Source: Octopus vulgaris (Eukaryota). From it: DNA of 64,000 nt. The notes below the pieces were generated by a model. It searched no databases and had not been told where the DNA came from. It was given only the letters and a program-made list of their open reading frames with translations. Positions 22,643-35,470 of this stretch are shown in pieces. The stretch's first letter is position 1. Every line of letters starts with the position of its first letter. Made by a program: the position numbers and the translations under genes. The stretch covers positions 33,418,001 to 33,482,000 of the forward strand of contig OX597831.1 of assembly GCA_951406725.2 (NCBI GenBank). The letters run 5' to 3'.

Positions 22643-25600
22643 TTTTAACTGATAACTTATTGACCATACATTTCGGAGCCTACGTGAGGTTCTCTGCATG
22701 GTCACTGGACGTGCTAAAAACAACAGCCAAATTTCTGTTGTCTTAAATGAAACGAAAGGACACATTGAATAAAGTAGTTGTCTTTTGAGACATTGTGCAT
22801 GTCATGATGAATACTGCATGGTCAAGTCTGCTTGATGTCAGGGTAGACTGACCTCATGGAGCTAAACCTCAAAAGCAGATTATCAGTTTCTCCTTGTCAT
22901 TTATGCTTTTTCATTTCTCTTACGTTGCACGCGCAAGTACACACACACACACGGGTTGTGTTTGACTTCTTTCGACCTCTCATCCTTCCATTATCTCCAT
23001 CTGTTAATGTTTTTAATAATTGCTTACATAGGCCACGAAACCTCAAACTTGAAGTCGGGCAGGGTAGAGTTTAGCCGGTTAAATTCATCCCTTTACCTGA
23101 CTGGGTATTTAATTTATCCACCTCGGATGAATGAAAGAAAAAAAATGTAATTGACTGCGGCGGATTTCGAATTCAGAACGAAAAGATATTTTAATTATAT
23201 GAATAAAAAAGAATTATATTTGTCCTTCTTTCATCTTTCGATGATCGATAATATAAAACATCTGCCAATGTAATGTAATGTAATAATGATAATAATAATA
23301 ATAATATATGTGTCTATATAATACACATGCACTTAACGATGTACCCAACGTTATGTGCTGGGGTAGATTTGATGGTTTTTGTGCTAGCTACCCATCTAAA
23401 ACGAGCTGGTAAGGGGATTTATGATGATGGTTAGACCTGCCAGAAACAACAGCCAAATCCCCCTTCAGATCACACCCTACTATGTTAAAAGAGAGAAACG
23501 TTGGATGATATAACCCCAGGTTCCCTGCACTTAGAAGAGAACTCCAAAAACAAGATGGTCACCGATGGGCTGCTGTTGATCTGCTCTCAATCAATTAGGG
23601 TTTACCTGGAGTTTAACACTTGCTACTTCTGCCCCCACTGCAATCTACCGGCCAAAAAATGAAAATTAAGAGCGGCCGTGTGTTTAGCAAGGACGATTTG
23701 GTGACGTCGGATCTGCAGGTTAATCAACTCTCACCTTTACAGAACGGATGGGACCACATAGAAACTACATACTAGAATCACCAAATGTCTCCCCAAATTC
23801 TAAAGTGTGGTGTTTTATTATTCATAGAATATACTATAAAACCGTAATTAAGTCTGTATAGTTAGTCTCAATAATTACTGGCTCCCTTATCACATAAAGA
23901 ATTGTTTACACTTCACGTCTGCGGAATCCCTCGAAAGCCCAGGCGTGTCTATAAAGGGTTTCAATACAGTTTCAACAGAAAGATTTGGAAGAATTAAATG
24001 AAAGTTCTCCTGTAATTTTCTTTTATGTAAATAAATGTTTATGTTAATTAAAAAAATTGCCAGCAAAATCTTATAAAATGACATCGTTTATCAAATGTAC
24101 ATTTTCCAAAATTAAAATAAAGGATTTTTCTTCACCAAATTATACCGTAAAACAGTAATAATTAACTCAGTTTAATTAATCTTAGTGGTCACTTGCGTAA
24201 AAAAATGATTATTTATTTATAGATTGGGTGAATTTCTTATATCCATCGTCATTTGAAGGGGTTCCATAAATTGTTATCAGTTAATTAGGTGGAAAGAAGG
24301 GTCGATATAAAGACCATCTTTATCCACTCTACAAGATTGTTTTATTTTGTGATTATATCAGAAATTATTATTGTAATAATACTTTCTACTAAAGGCACAG
24401 AGGTCTGAAATTTTGGGCGAAGGGGGTTAGTCGATCACACCGACTCTAATGCTCGACTGATACTATTTTATGGACCCTGAAAGGATGACGCGCAATGTAA
24501 ACCTAGGGTTCGAGATGGTAATCTCCAAGGGTTGATGATGATAAAAGGCGAAGTCGACCTCGGTGGAATTTCAGCCCAGAACGAAAAGAACTGGAAGAAA
24601 TGCTACAAAGCATTTTGTTCAACACGCTAACGAGTCTTCAGGCACAACTCCACACATTTTACGGAGAGGTCTTGGTCGACAACGCCAAACATAATCATTT
24701 TACTGGTATTTTATTTTAATTTATCGATCTCGGAGTGATGAAGGGCAAAGCTGAGTTCAGTAGGATTTGAACTCGAAACGTTGAGGGCCTTTAGAAATTG
24801 TGCAAGACATTTTGTCCGACGTTCTAACGAATAATTTCTTACATGATAGGAACAAGAATAGAAATCTGCAGGGGAGGTTGGTTAACCGGCGGATGTTGAC
24901 CCCCAGTACTTGATTGGAACTTTATTTCATTATTCGCCGGTAGGATGAAGTCCTTTCGTAACCGCGTGATTTCTGGTTCAGTCCCACTGCACGGCACGTT
25001 GGGCAAATGTCTTCTACTATAGCCCCCATGGCCAAGCAATGCCTTGTGAGTGAATTTAGTAAACAGAAACTGTATGAAGCCCGTATGTGTGTGTGTGTGT
25101 CTATCGCTTTGTGTTTATCTGCCCCTTTGCTTGACAACTGGCGTTGGGTTGTTTATTTCTTCATAACTTCGTGGTTCGGCAAAAAGAATTCGATACACTA
25201 AGCACAAAACTTTTAAAAAACGTACTGGGATCGATTTTTCCGACTAAAGCCCTTCACCGCAGTGCCCAAGCATGGCCGCTGTCCACTGACTGAAACAATA
25301 GGCACTAAAAATAAAAACAAACGGGAAAAGAATTATTGGTTGTTGTCGTTTAATCCACCCCCACTATTATTCCTGAAAACAGAAACCTAAGCTCAAAAGA
25401 CGTTCCAGCTACGACCGTCTTGTCTTTAGAGAAAGAAGCACAGTGGGATCTTTACCTTTTGACCGACAGATTTAAAAAATAATTTTTTGTAACTAAACAC
25501 TTTGAAACTTTGGACACTGGTAGAAAGTGTCATATAAAACATCTTTTACTCTTAGGAAAGATCCGCACAGTGTAGTTAAGACTATTTTATAGAATGTATC

Positions 25601-26518
25601 GACCTTAAGTTTTTTTTTTAATGGTAGCGTGTGATTGTATTTGGCTGCTATTTCTACCCTCTCGAACGGCCACGTAGAAGAAGCTCCATCATTGCTTCTG
25701 TTTTCTATCAAGTCCGTAACTATCTATGATCTTTCCTGCGTGCACTCAAGTCACATTGGAGAGGTTGTTATTAATTTAAGCTTTCAAGGCCATTAATCCA
25801 TCGACCTCAGTACTTGAATGGATCTCTCCCCCCCCCCTTTTTTTTTGTCGAATCGATTCTCAGAAGGGGTGAAAGGCAAAGTTGATCTCGGCGGGATTTA
25901 AACTCAGAACGTAAAAAATTCCCCCACAGGCAATCTTTCGTCTCCAGTAGACCTTTCCGTCGATTTCCGTAAAATTTTTTTTTTTTTTACATATGGGCTT
26001 GCGGGAACTTTTGAAGTAATGAGAGCGAAAGAGACTAAGAGAAAGCGATTGTATGACGAGGGAAATTCTTTTGAAGTTACCGTGCATGGGAAGCATTGAT
26101 GTACATGTGTGTGTGTTTGAAGGGGTGTGGGAGACAGACAGTATGTTGTGTAAGTGAAGTGCTTCTGTTAGTATGTGTGAAGAGACAGAGTAATGTGTGA
26201 AAGAAAGAGATAACTGAAATTTTTTACTCGGTGTGTGTGTATATGTATGTATATTACTTCAAAAGTTCCCGCAAGCCCATATGTAAAAAAAAAAAAAAAA
26301 TTTACGGAAATCGACGGAAAGGTCTACTAGAGACGAAAGATCGCCAATTAAACAATGCAATTTCTTCCGACGGCTTTAAGATTCTGTTATTAATTGGTAG
26401 TTACACGTATCTATCTACCTATCTACACACACACACACAAATGCATAACTTGTCGGTTGAACGGTGATTGAATGAAAAATACTTTGTCCTTCAATGGCAT
26501 TGAGATGTACTGATCTCC

Positions 26519-26563
<45 letters not shown>

Positions 26564-27608
26564 TCTCTCCACTGTTTGTGTATCTATCTATCTGTCTGTC
26601 TTGTTATACACACATATTACGTAATATATATAGCTGTATTCATGTATGTAATTATCTTATCTGGTATGACATTTTATTACTCTGAGGAGAGAATCTTCAA
26701 CACTGCTCTGTCATCGATGACTTTACCTAAGTCACCGATAATAGCAAGCGGTACAGCATGAAGATCACAGCTCCCCCACTCTCGCCTCCTTTCCTCCGAA
26801 ATAAAAAAAAAAAAAACGGATCTCGGGTTTCGTTCCCGATTAAGAAAATGCATCAACGTTTAACGCATATCCACAGCACATGTATGTATGTGTGCTTGCG
26901 TATATGTATGTATGTATGTGTGTGTGTGCATATACGTATGTATTTATATATAGTGTCTATAACTATAAAACCTGGAGGCATTTCTGTCCTCTTTGCCCTT
27001 TCTCGTCTTTCTTTTTTCTCTTTTCCCACCTTTCTTTTCCTCCCTCTATTTCTCTGTCTTCATTCCTCCCTCTCTCTTTTCTTCCTTCTCTCTTTCTCCC
27101 CGTTCTCTGCCTTCCCTCCCTCCATCCGTCTTTTTCTCTCTCCTCTGTCTTCTCCTCTCCTTTGCTGCCTTTTCTCTCTTCTCTCTCTTCCATTCATTAA
27201 CTTTCTCCCTTCCCTCCCTCCCTCCGTCTTTTTCTCTCTCCTCTGTCTTCTCCTCTCCTTTGCTGCTTTTCTCTCTTCTCTCTCTTCCACTCATTAACTT
27301 TCTCCTTCTCCCCTCGTTTTTAATTACCTCTCCCTTCTCTCTCTTTACCTCTTCATCTTCCTCTCATATTTTCCCTTCCCTCCTTTCGTTCCTGGGAAAC
27401 GGAAGACTCAACTAATATGTCGAACACACGCTGGCGAAACTATAAACTTTACACAAACATAGAAGCAGTGTGTGTTCGACATATTGAGTCTTCCGTTTCC
27501 CAGGAAGAAAGAAAAGAACGAAGGAGGGAAGGGAAAATATGAGAGGAAGACGAAGAGGTAAAGAGAGAGAAGGGAGAGGTAATTAAAAACGAGGAGAGGA
27601 GAAAAAAA

Positions 27609-27983
27609 TCTCTCTATATATAAACGGCAGTTTGTCTGTGCGTGTTTCTTTGTGTCTGTTTGCTTGTACCTTCACCCTGACCACGGCTTTCAACCGATTC
27701 TGATGAAACTTGACACACACATAGCCCAATGTCATAATTCAAAACTAACGCAGCGAAAATTTTGAAAAGTTCCCCCAGTTCTGAAAAAAATCGATAAATT
27801 CGACATGGGGTCCAGAATCAGAAACACAAACTGTCTAGGGGACGCAACTCCACCTTTTTTAACTAAAAAAAAATTTACCATCATTTTTTCCCATTTTTTT
27901 GCTATTTTTTGGCTATAACTCTCTAAAAATGCTTTATAGTTATTTCCCTTACAAACCTGAGCAACGCCGGGCGATACTGCTAG
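27609..27983 (+). mobile_element. Non-autonomous Helitron
   Basis: 5' TC after a host A, subterminal GC-rich hairpin-like CCTGAGCAACGCCGGG, 3' CTAG followed by a host T; no TSD. Confidence 0.85.
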
Positions 27984-28199
27984 TGTAGAATAAATTTGAA
28001 CTCGGGTGAAGAACCGGAAAAATAGACACTACAGTAGTATCTATTTATTCTACATTTTTTTTCATCTTCCCGAGAACTAAATACAAAATATCAGCATAGT
28101 TTATTATATCGATATAATCGATTTTTTTTCTGTTACATTCCAAATTTCTGGTCTTGTTTCCAAAGCTCTCCCTATGTGTGCACAGAAATTTGCTTACCT

Positions 28200-28571
28200 T
28201 TTACTTGTTTCAGGCGTTGGACTGCGGCCATGCTGGAGCACCGCCTTTAGTCGAGCAAATCGACCCCGGGACTTATTCTTTGTAAGCTCAGTACTTATTC
28301 TATCGGTCTCATTTGCCGAACCGCTAAGTGACGGGGACGTAAACACACCGGCATTGGTTGTCAAGCAATGCTAGGTGGACAAACACAGACACACACACAT
28401 ATACATATACACGACAGGCTTCTTTCAGTTTCCGTCTACCAAATCCACTCACAAGGCATTGGTCGGCCCGGGGCTATAGCAGAAGACACTTGCCCAAGAT
28501 GCCACGCAGTGGGACTGAACCCGGAACTAGGTGGCTGGTTAGCAAGCTACTTACCACACAGCCACTCCTGC
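28200..28571 (-). mobile_element. tRNA-derived SINE, family B (representative; also 31895-32226 on +, 24960-25300 on +, 53265-53578 on -)
   Basis: Consensus GTGGCTGTGTGGTAAG..GGTTCAGTCCCACTGCGTGGCACCTTGGGCAAGTGTCTT (CORE-like)..internal (TG)n..GCTCCAGCATGGCCGCAGTCAAATGACTGAAACAAGTAAAAG. Confidence 0.85.
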
Positions 28572-29082
28572 CCCAGTATTTATTTTTTTTTAAAGCCCGG
28601 CACTTATTTTGTCGGCCCATTTTACTGAACTGCTAAGTCGTCGGACTGTAAACAAACCAATACCGGTTGTCAAACGGTAATGAGGGATAAACACAAAGTC
28701 ACACGCACATACACACACACACGACGAGCTTCCTCACAGTTTTCGTCTACAAAATCCACTCACAAGACTTTGGTTAGCCTGGAGCCATATTAGAAAACAC
28801 TTGCCCAAGTTGCCACGCAGTGGGACTGAACTCGGAACCATGTGGTTGAGAATCAAATTCCTTACCACATAACGATTCCTGCACCTATTTAGTATTTGTT
28901 ATTTATTTTGGCTCTTTACACTCTGCGTTCAAATCCCACTGTAGTAATTCTGCATGTATATTTTATCTTCCAGCCTTTCGAGTACGGTAACACAAAATGG
29001 GGAATATATAGAGATCTTCACCGGGGGTGGGAGGGACCATTAGCGGTCAGTATGAAGATCTTCACCCGGGAACAAAAAAAAA

Positions 29083-29923
29083 AAACCCAGCCTGGTGGGT
29101 GTTAACTAGTATGTAGGAAACGAATATGAAAAAAAAAAAAATGCGTGCTGATGACCCTGGGAGGGTGGGGAGGGGACTTTCGGAAAATTCACAAGATCTG
29201 ATTTTTCCGTCGTAACTTCCGGTAAAATGGATATCTCTCTTATATATATATATGGCTTGCCGCTTAGCCAGCGGGGTGGTGTCATTTGAAGGCTAAAAAA
29301 CAATGCGAAGCGCATTGTGACCAGTGATGTGTAGCGTTAGGAAGGGCATCCAGCTGGTGGGTATTAAACCCAGCCTGGTGGGTGTTAACTAGTATGTAGG
29401 AAACGAATATGAAAAAAAAAATGCGTGCTGATGACCCTGGGAGGGTGGGGAGGGGACTTTCGGAAAATTCACAAGATCTGATTTTTCCGTCGTAACTTCC
29501 GGTAAAATGGATATCTCTCTTATATATATATATGGCTTGCTCGCTTAGCCAGCGGGGTGGTGTCATTTGAAGGCTAAAAAACAATGCGAAGCGCATTGTG
29601 ACCAGTGATGTGTAGCGTTAGGAAGGGCATCCAGCTGGTGGGTATTAAACCCAGCCTGGTGGGTGTTAACTAGTATGTAGGAAACGAATATGAAAAAAAA
29701 AAATGCGTGCTGATGACCCTGGGAGGGTGGGGAGGGGACTTTCGGAAAATTCACAAGATCCGATTTTTCCGTCATAACTTCCGGTAAAATGGATATCTCT
29801 CTTATATATATATATATATGGCTTGCTCGCTTAGCCAGCGGGGTGGTGTCATTTGAAGGCTAAAAAACAATGCGAAGCGCATTGTGACCAGTGATGTGTA
29901 GCGTTAGGAAGGGCATCCAGCTG
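29083..29923. repeat. Three tandem near-identical units of 281-283 bp
   Basis: Unit starts AAACCCAGCCTGGTGGGTGTTAAC at 29083, 29366 and 29647. Confidence 0.95.
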
Positions 29924-30787
29924 TAGAAACACTGCCAGATCAGACTGGGCCTGGTGCAGCCTTCTGGATTCCGCATGGAAAGCGGATGTTAAACGACGAT
30001 GATGATGATGATTGTGAATTTTGTCTGTCTTTGCAAAGTATGAGTGCATCCATGCAAGTAGTCAATTCCAATAAAAAAAAATATGGAAAAAGAAACGATT
30101 GAAAATTTTTTGTGCGCACATTTGTTTTCATTTGTGCGCTAGATGTAAAATGTGTGCGCGTGCACAGGTGCACACTTTGGAGACAATATTATGTGTCCCA
30201 GCGTTTACAATGTTTATTATCTCAGAGCACACTTTTAAATGGCTGCTCGATTCGCCAGAAATAGCAGCCACATTTCTTTCATGTCACACACTCATGTTAT
30301 ATAAAAGACGGGATAGTCGCGGTTGGAGCACCTTCAATGGATTTCTTTCGGATTACTCCCCCATCGATAGTCAAGGCTGAAGTGCTTTTCATACATTTTC
30401 TTCAGATCACATTCTACTGTCTTAAAAGGAGATGGGATGGTCCAGAGTGGAATGTTCTTGATCGTAGGTCATCATCAGTTCCAAATGACCTCCAACAATG
30501 ACAGAATCGGTAGAGCACCAAACTAAGTATAATGATGTTTTGAAAGTACCTTATTTTAAGGTGTATAAGGAACCCACTAAATTTTGGGGTTTAAAATTTT
30601 GAAAAATGGTTTTGTAAGGTATTATAATACTATCCATATATAAGAAACTCCCATGTTTTTAACCTACTTTTTGACAAAAATGGGTTTCTTATATACATGT
30701 TGAAATGCAGTACTTAATAATACATTTCTGATCTGCGTAATATATAATAGGAAATACATCCCCTCTTGCAAGACCTTCAGTTAATAC

Positions 30788-30822
<35 letters not shown>

Positions 30823-30867
30823 CGTGGCTGTGTGCATAGACATGGCTGTGTGGTAAGAAGCATGCTT

Positions 30868-31524
30868 TCGCAGGTGGCTGTGAAGGTCATGAGGGAGAAT
30901 GACCTGTTCAAGATAATGGACTCCTTCCCCAAGGATACCTATAGATTTATATTAGATTGGCCCGACTTGTAGCCGTCCAGGTGTTTTTCTGAGGCGAGAA
31001 GTCTGGTCAGGCAAGCTGATTGTATTTTTGATACCTAAATGAACTTGAGTAAGAGGTTTATTACCTGAAAATAGCTTTGTATGTAGTTAATGTAAGAGGT
31101 CTATTGCCTCCTTAATATGTTTTTGTAAGAGGTTTGTTGCCTCAAAATTTTTTATAAAAGAGCAATGTGCTCAGGTATACAGCAATCGGCGGGCATTGCT
31201 GTTGCCCTCATTATTATCATATCTATTTCTTTACTACCCACAAGGGGCTAAACACAGAGGGGACAAACGGATTAAGTCGATTACATCGACCCCAGTGCGT
31301 AACTGGTACTTAATTTATCGACCATGAAAGGATGAAAGGCAAAGTTGAACTCAGAACGTAACGGCAGATGAAATACAGCTACGCATTTCGCCCGGCATGC
31401 TAATGTTTCTGCCAGCTCGCTGTCTTATTATTATCATATCGTTAATCATTCCATCTCATTATGTTTGTGTCCAGCCTGCAGCTTCCTTTCTTTGTAAGGC
31501 CCTTGTGGCCAATTAAATGAATAA
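30868..31524 (+). mobile_element. 5'-truncated non-LTR retroposon 3' end with 13-bp TSD, itself carrying a SINE
   Basis: TSD AAGAAGCATGCTT at 30855-30867 and 31525-31537; short ORF end ..FILDWPDL*, then UTR-like sequence ending CCCTTGTGGCCAATTAAATGAATAAA. Confidence 0.7.
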
Positions 31525-31860
31525 AAGAAGCATGCTTCCCAACCACATGGTTCTGGGCTCAGTCCCACTGCATGGCACCTTGGGCAAGTGTCTTTTACTA
31601 TAATCTCAGGCCGACCAAAGCCTTGTGAGTGGATTTGGTAGATGGAAACTGAAAGAAGCCCATCGAGTGTGTGTGTGTTTGTTTGTTCCCCACCATTGCT
31701 TGATAAGTGGTGTTGGTGTGTTTACATCCCCATAACTTAGCGGTTTGGCAAAAGAACCTGATATAATAATTATCAGGTCTTAAAAAACAAAAGTCGATTT
31801 CTAAAACCCTTCAAGAAGTGCTCCAGCATGGCCAGAGTCAAATGATTGAAACGAGTAAAA

Positions 31861-31897
<37 letters not shown>

Positions 31898-33556
31898 TGC
31901 AAGTGTGACTGTGAGGTAAGAAGCTTGCTTCCTACCTCATGGTTCCAGGTTCAGTCCCACTGCGTGGCACCTTGGGCAAGTGTCTTCTACTATAACCTCA
32001 GGCTGATCAAAGACTTGTGAGTAGATTTAGAAGATGGAAACTGAAAGAAGCCCGTGTGTCTGTGTTTGTCCCCCTCCCACTATCATTTCACAACTGATTT
32101 TGGTGTGTTTATGTCCATAGAATAAGTACTAGGCTTTCAGAGAATAAGTCCTGGGGTCTGTTCATTCGATTAAAGGCGGTGCTCCAGCGTGGCCTCAGTC
32201 AAATGACTTGAAACAAATAAAAGAATAGATATACACACACAAACACACAGAATATGATATTCTGTAGTTTACATGCACAGACTCTTTTGCCAAATGTGGC
32301 TTGCCTTAGGATTGAACCTTGCATCACATAGTTGTGAATGGAATTAATTAATTACTCAGCCGTTACCAAGCTAGTTAATTATATAATTACCACTTCATCT
32401 TATCTTCTCTGCTCCATTGCTTTTGAGTCTTTTGAAACTCATTGAGATGTGACTAGATAATTTCTTGTGTTCATTCTGTTAGATTAATGTTTCATGCTTG
32501 GGTAACTTTTAACCTCTATGCACACTTATGTGTCTAGATTTGGTCCGGCGCATGCATTTATGCCAATTATTCACACTATTTTGTACCAATTACTCTTGGA
32601 ATATAATTGCATGGCACCTTGAACAAGTGTCTTCTACTATAGCCAATGCTAGGCTGACCAAAGCCTTGCGGGTGGATTTGGTTCTTTTGGAAATTGAAAG
32701 CAAAAAACCCCGTTGTGTATGTAACAAACACACACACATACACATGAATGTGCACTCACACATACATGCATACATACATACATGGTGGCTGCCCCCTCGT
32801 TATCGAGTATGGCCATTGCACAAAGCTTAATCAATGTTGTTATCGTGCAATGCCTATGCAAGAAGATTTTTTTAAAGTGAGGAAAATATGTGCACTGAGT
32901 CAATCCCACTCACTAAGCAACAGCAGCCATAATCCGAAAAGAAGAACAAGTCAACATCATCGGTAACCACTGAGCCGCAGGTTTTATTTCGGAGTTATCC
33001 CAGTTACCTGAGTTACCTTCTCCTAGAAGGATGCCCTAACAAAGGCTAGGAGTCCTTCACTCCCAATGGTTTAACCGCATGATCGGGTATTCAGTCCGAT
33101 TATTTCTATGTCCCCGTGCATGATACAGCCTTAAGACATTTATTGGATGGCCGTTGACTCTCAAGAGTTTCTCCGCCCTTTGATGGGTTTTGTTTTTCAT
33201 CCTGCAGGGTGACCAGTATACACCCTCCTCACCAAGCAAGCTTGGTGGGGTTGCCGGTTTAGTCTCTGACAACCCGACTGTGCAACAGGTTGTACTGGGT
33301 TACATGTTACCAGTAGCATACATACATACATAAGGCTTCTTTCACTTTCTACTAAATCAACTTACAAAGCCTTGGTTGGCCTCAGATTATAGGAGAAGAC
33401 GCCTGGCTAAAGTGCCATACTGTGGAGCTGAGCCCAGAACCATTTTGTTGGAAAACAAGCTTCTTATCATTCAGCCACTGTTGTGCCTATTAATCCACAA
33501 CATTTGGGTTGGGAAGCAAATATATATATATGCATCATCATCATCATTGTCATTGT

Positions 33557-33890
33557 GAAGGTACATGGCTCAGTGGTTAGAACATTGGGCTTATGATCGT
33601 GAGGTTGTGAGTTCAATTCCCGGACCGGGCTGCGTGTTGTGTTCTTGAGCAAGACACTTTATTTCACGTTGCTCCAGTTCACTCAGCTGTAGAAATGAGT
33701 TGCAACTCACTGGTGCAAAGCTGCATCGACCCCTTTGCATTTCCTTTGGATATCATCAGTGGCATGGAGAGGGGAGGCTGGTATGCATGGGGGACTGCTG
33801 GTCTTCCATAAACAACCTTGCCTGGACTTGTGCCTCGGAAGGGAACATTCTAGGTGCAGTCCCATGGTCATTTATGACCGAAGGGGGTCA
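33557..33890 (+). mobile_element. tRNA-derived SINE, family C (V-SINE-like; related copy 57643-57965; another tRNA-headed SINE at 41850-42143 on -)
   Basis: tRNA-like head TGGCTCAGTGGTTAG..GAGTTCAATTCCC followed by GTTGTGTTCTTGAGCAAGACACTT. Confidence 0.7.
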
Positions 33891-34525
33891 CCTCTTATCG
33901 TCATCATCCTTGTTTAACATCTGTCGTCCATGCTGGCTTGGGTTGGATAGTTTGATATGGAGCTGGCTAGTAGGGAGCTGTCCAGCACTCTTAATCTCTG
34001 TTGTGGCATGGTCTCTACATCCAGATACTCTTCCTAATGCCAACCATTTCACAGAGTGTGCTGGGTGCCTTTCACATGCCACTGGCACCACTGCATTTAC
34101 ACAGCACCGGCACTAATGCACCCATGCTGGTGCTGCATAATTGCTGATACACACACACACACACATAATTTATTTCTTTATTGCCCACAGGGAGCTAAAC
34201 ATATAGGGGACAGACAAGGACAGACAAGTTGATTACATTGATCACAGTGTGTAACTGGTACTTATTTAATTGACCCTGAAAGGATGAAAGGCAAAGTTGA
34301 CCTTGGCAGAATTTGAACTCAGAACGTAACAGCAGACAAAATACCACTAAGCATTTCACCTAGTGTGCTAACAATTCTGCCAGCTACCTTAAAATATATA
34401 TATATATATATATAATTTAGATTCAGATGAATTAGGTACTTAGGTTGAGGCACCAGAATTTAGTACGGTATTATCCATACAATTTCAAAATAAGGTGATT
34501 AAAATCAAAATAAGCAACAGGATAT

Positions 34526-34560
<35 letters not shown>

Positions 34561-35099
34561 TTAACATCCATATTACATCCTGGCATGGGTTGGATTGTTT
34601 GACAGGATTCAATGGATCTAATGATTGAATCCTGTTCCAATGTTGACTCTGGCATAGTTTGTACAACTGGATGCCCTTCTTAACAACTTTACAGCATGTA
34701 TCGAGTGCTTTTTTCATGTCACCAACACTAGTGAAGTTGCCATGCACTCACAAGACTCCCAAACCCAAGGAAATGGGGTGGCTTTATGCTAGGAAATGAG
34801 GGGTTAATGTATGAGAGAAGTGGGGTGGGGAGTTGGAGCAGGTTCTTGTTGTAAAGACACCACATGGCTGCTCGTTTTTAGAGGGGAGGGTGAAGAAGAT
34901 AAGTTGGAGCTGCAAAGATGTGTGTGTGAGTGTGCCTTTGTCCCGCCTAGTCCTGATATTATGTGATAGTTGTAAGCAAGTATTGCCTTAATACAAGTAG
35001 TGCCATCATATATGTTTCCAGTCTCATCTCATCTCATCTTCATCCACTTATTCCTGGGAGGGTTGTGGTGGTGGTGGGGTGGATCCAGCTGGATCCTCA

Positions 35100-35470
35100 A
35101 GTGAGACCAATCCGAGTTCATGGATGTTATCATCCAACCATCTTGCTTGTGATCTACCCCTGGGTTTCTTGCCGGTTGGTTTTTGCCTGTAAAAATTGTC
35201 CAGCAATTCTTTGTCCATGGATTTGAGCTGTGATTTCTCAATTCAAAGAAGTGGTGGCTCTACCTGGAGTGTCTCTCTGATCTCTAAGTTACACTTTTTC
35301 TATTGAGTAAAATTACTCCAGAGACCCTTCTGAGGATCCCCCATTTTGGTCATTTGTATTTGCAATCGTATTCTTTTGGTGGGCACCCATAATTCATGAC
35401 AATAGGTAAGGGTAGGCATGAACACCAAAGTGAAGATAGTGAGCTCGACTTTTTCACCTACCTCTCTTTT
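35100..35470 (-). mobile_element. RTE (Expander/Rex3-like) ORF remnant
   Basis: Peptide LTIFTLVFMPTLTYCHELWVPTKRIRLQIQMTKM resembles the Expander motif PTLTYGHELW; frameshifted afterwards. Confidence 0.7.

Noticed and set aside
23658-23724. ATG..CAG|GTTAAT phase-0 mini-exon as ACO2 exon 1
   Set aside because: The acidic peptide is unlike a mitochondrial presequence and the donor is weak.
26758-27415. L/S/F/P-rich and E/R/K-rich ORFs of up to 179 aa (also 59598-59936)
   Set aside because: Products of CT-rich low-complexity DNA that lacks stop codons.
29214-29232. ACTTCCGGTAAAATGG as an ETS plus YY1 promoter
   Set aside because: Resembles the subunit of the MITE family at 10.1 and 17.3 kb and lies within the triplicated repeat chimera.
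30871-30972. VAVKVMRENDLFK resembling protein kinase subdomain II after a CAG
   Set aside because: Lies inside a TSD-flanked insertion, hits a stop soon after, and no other kinase motifs are present.
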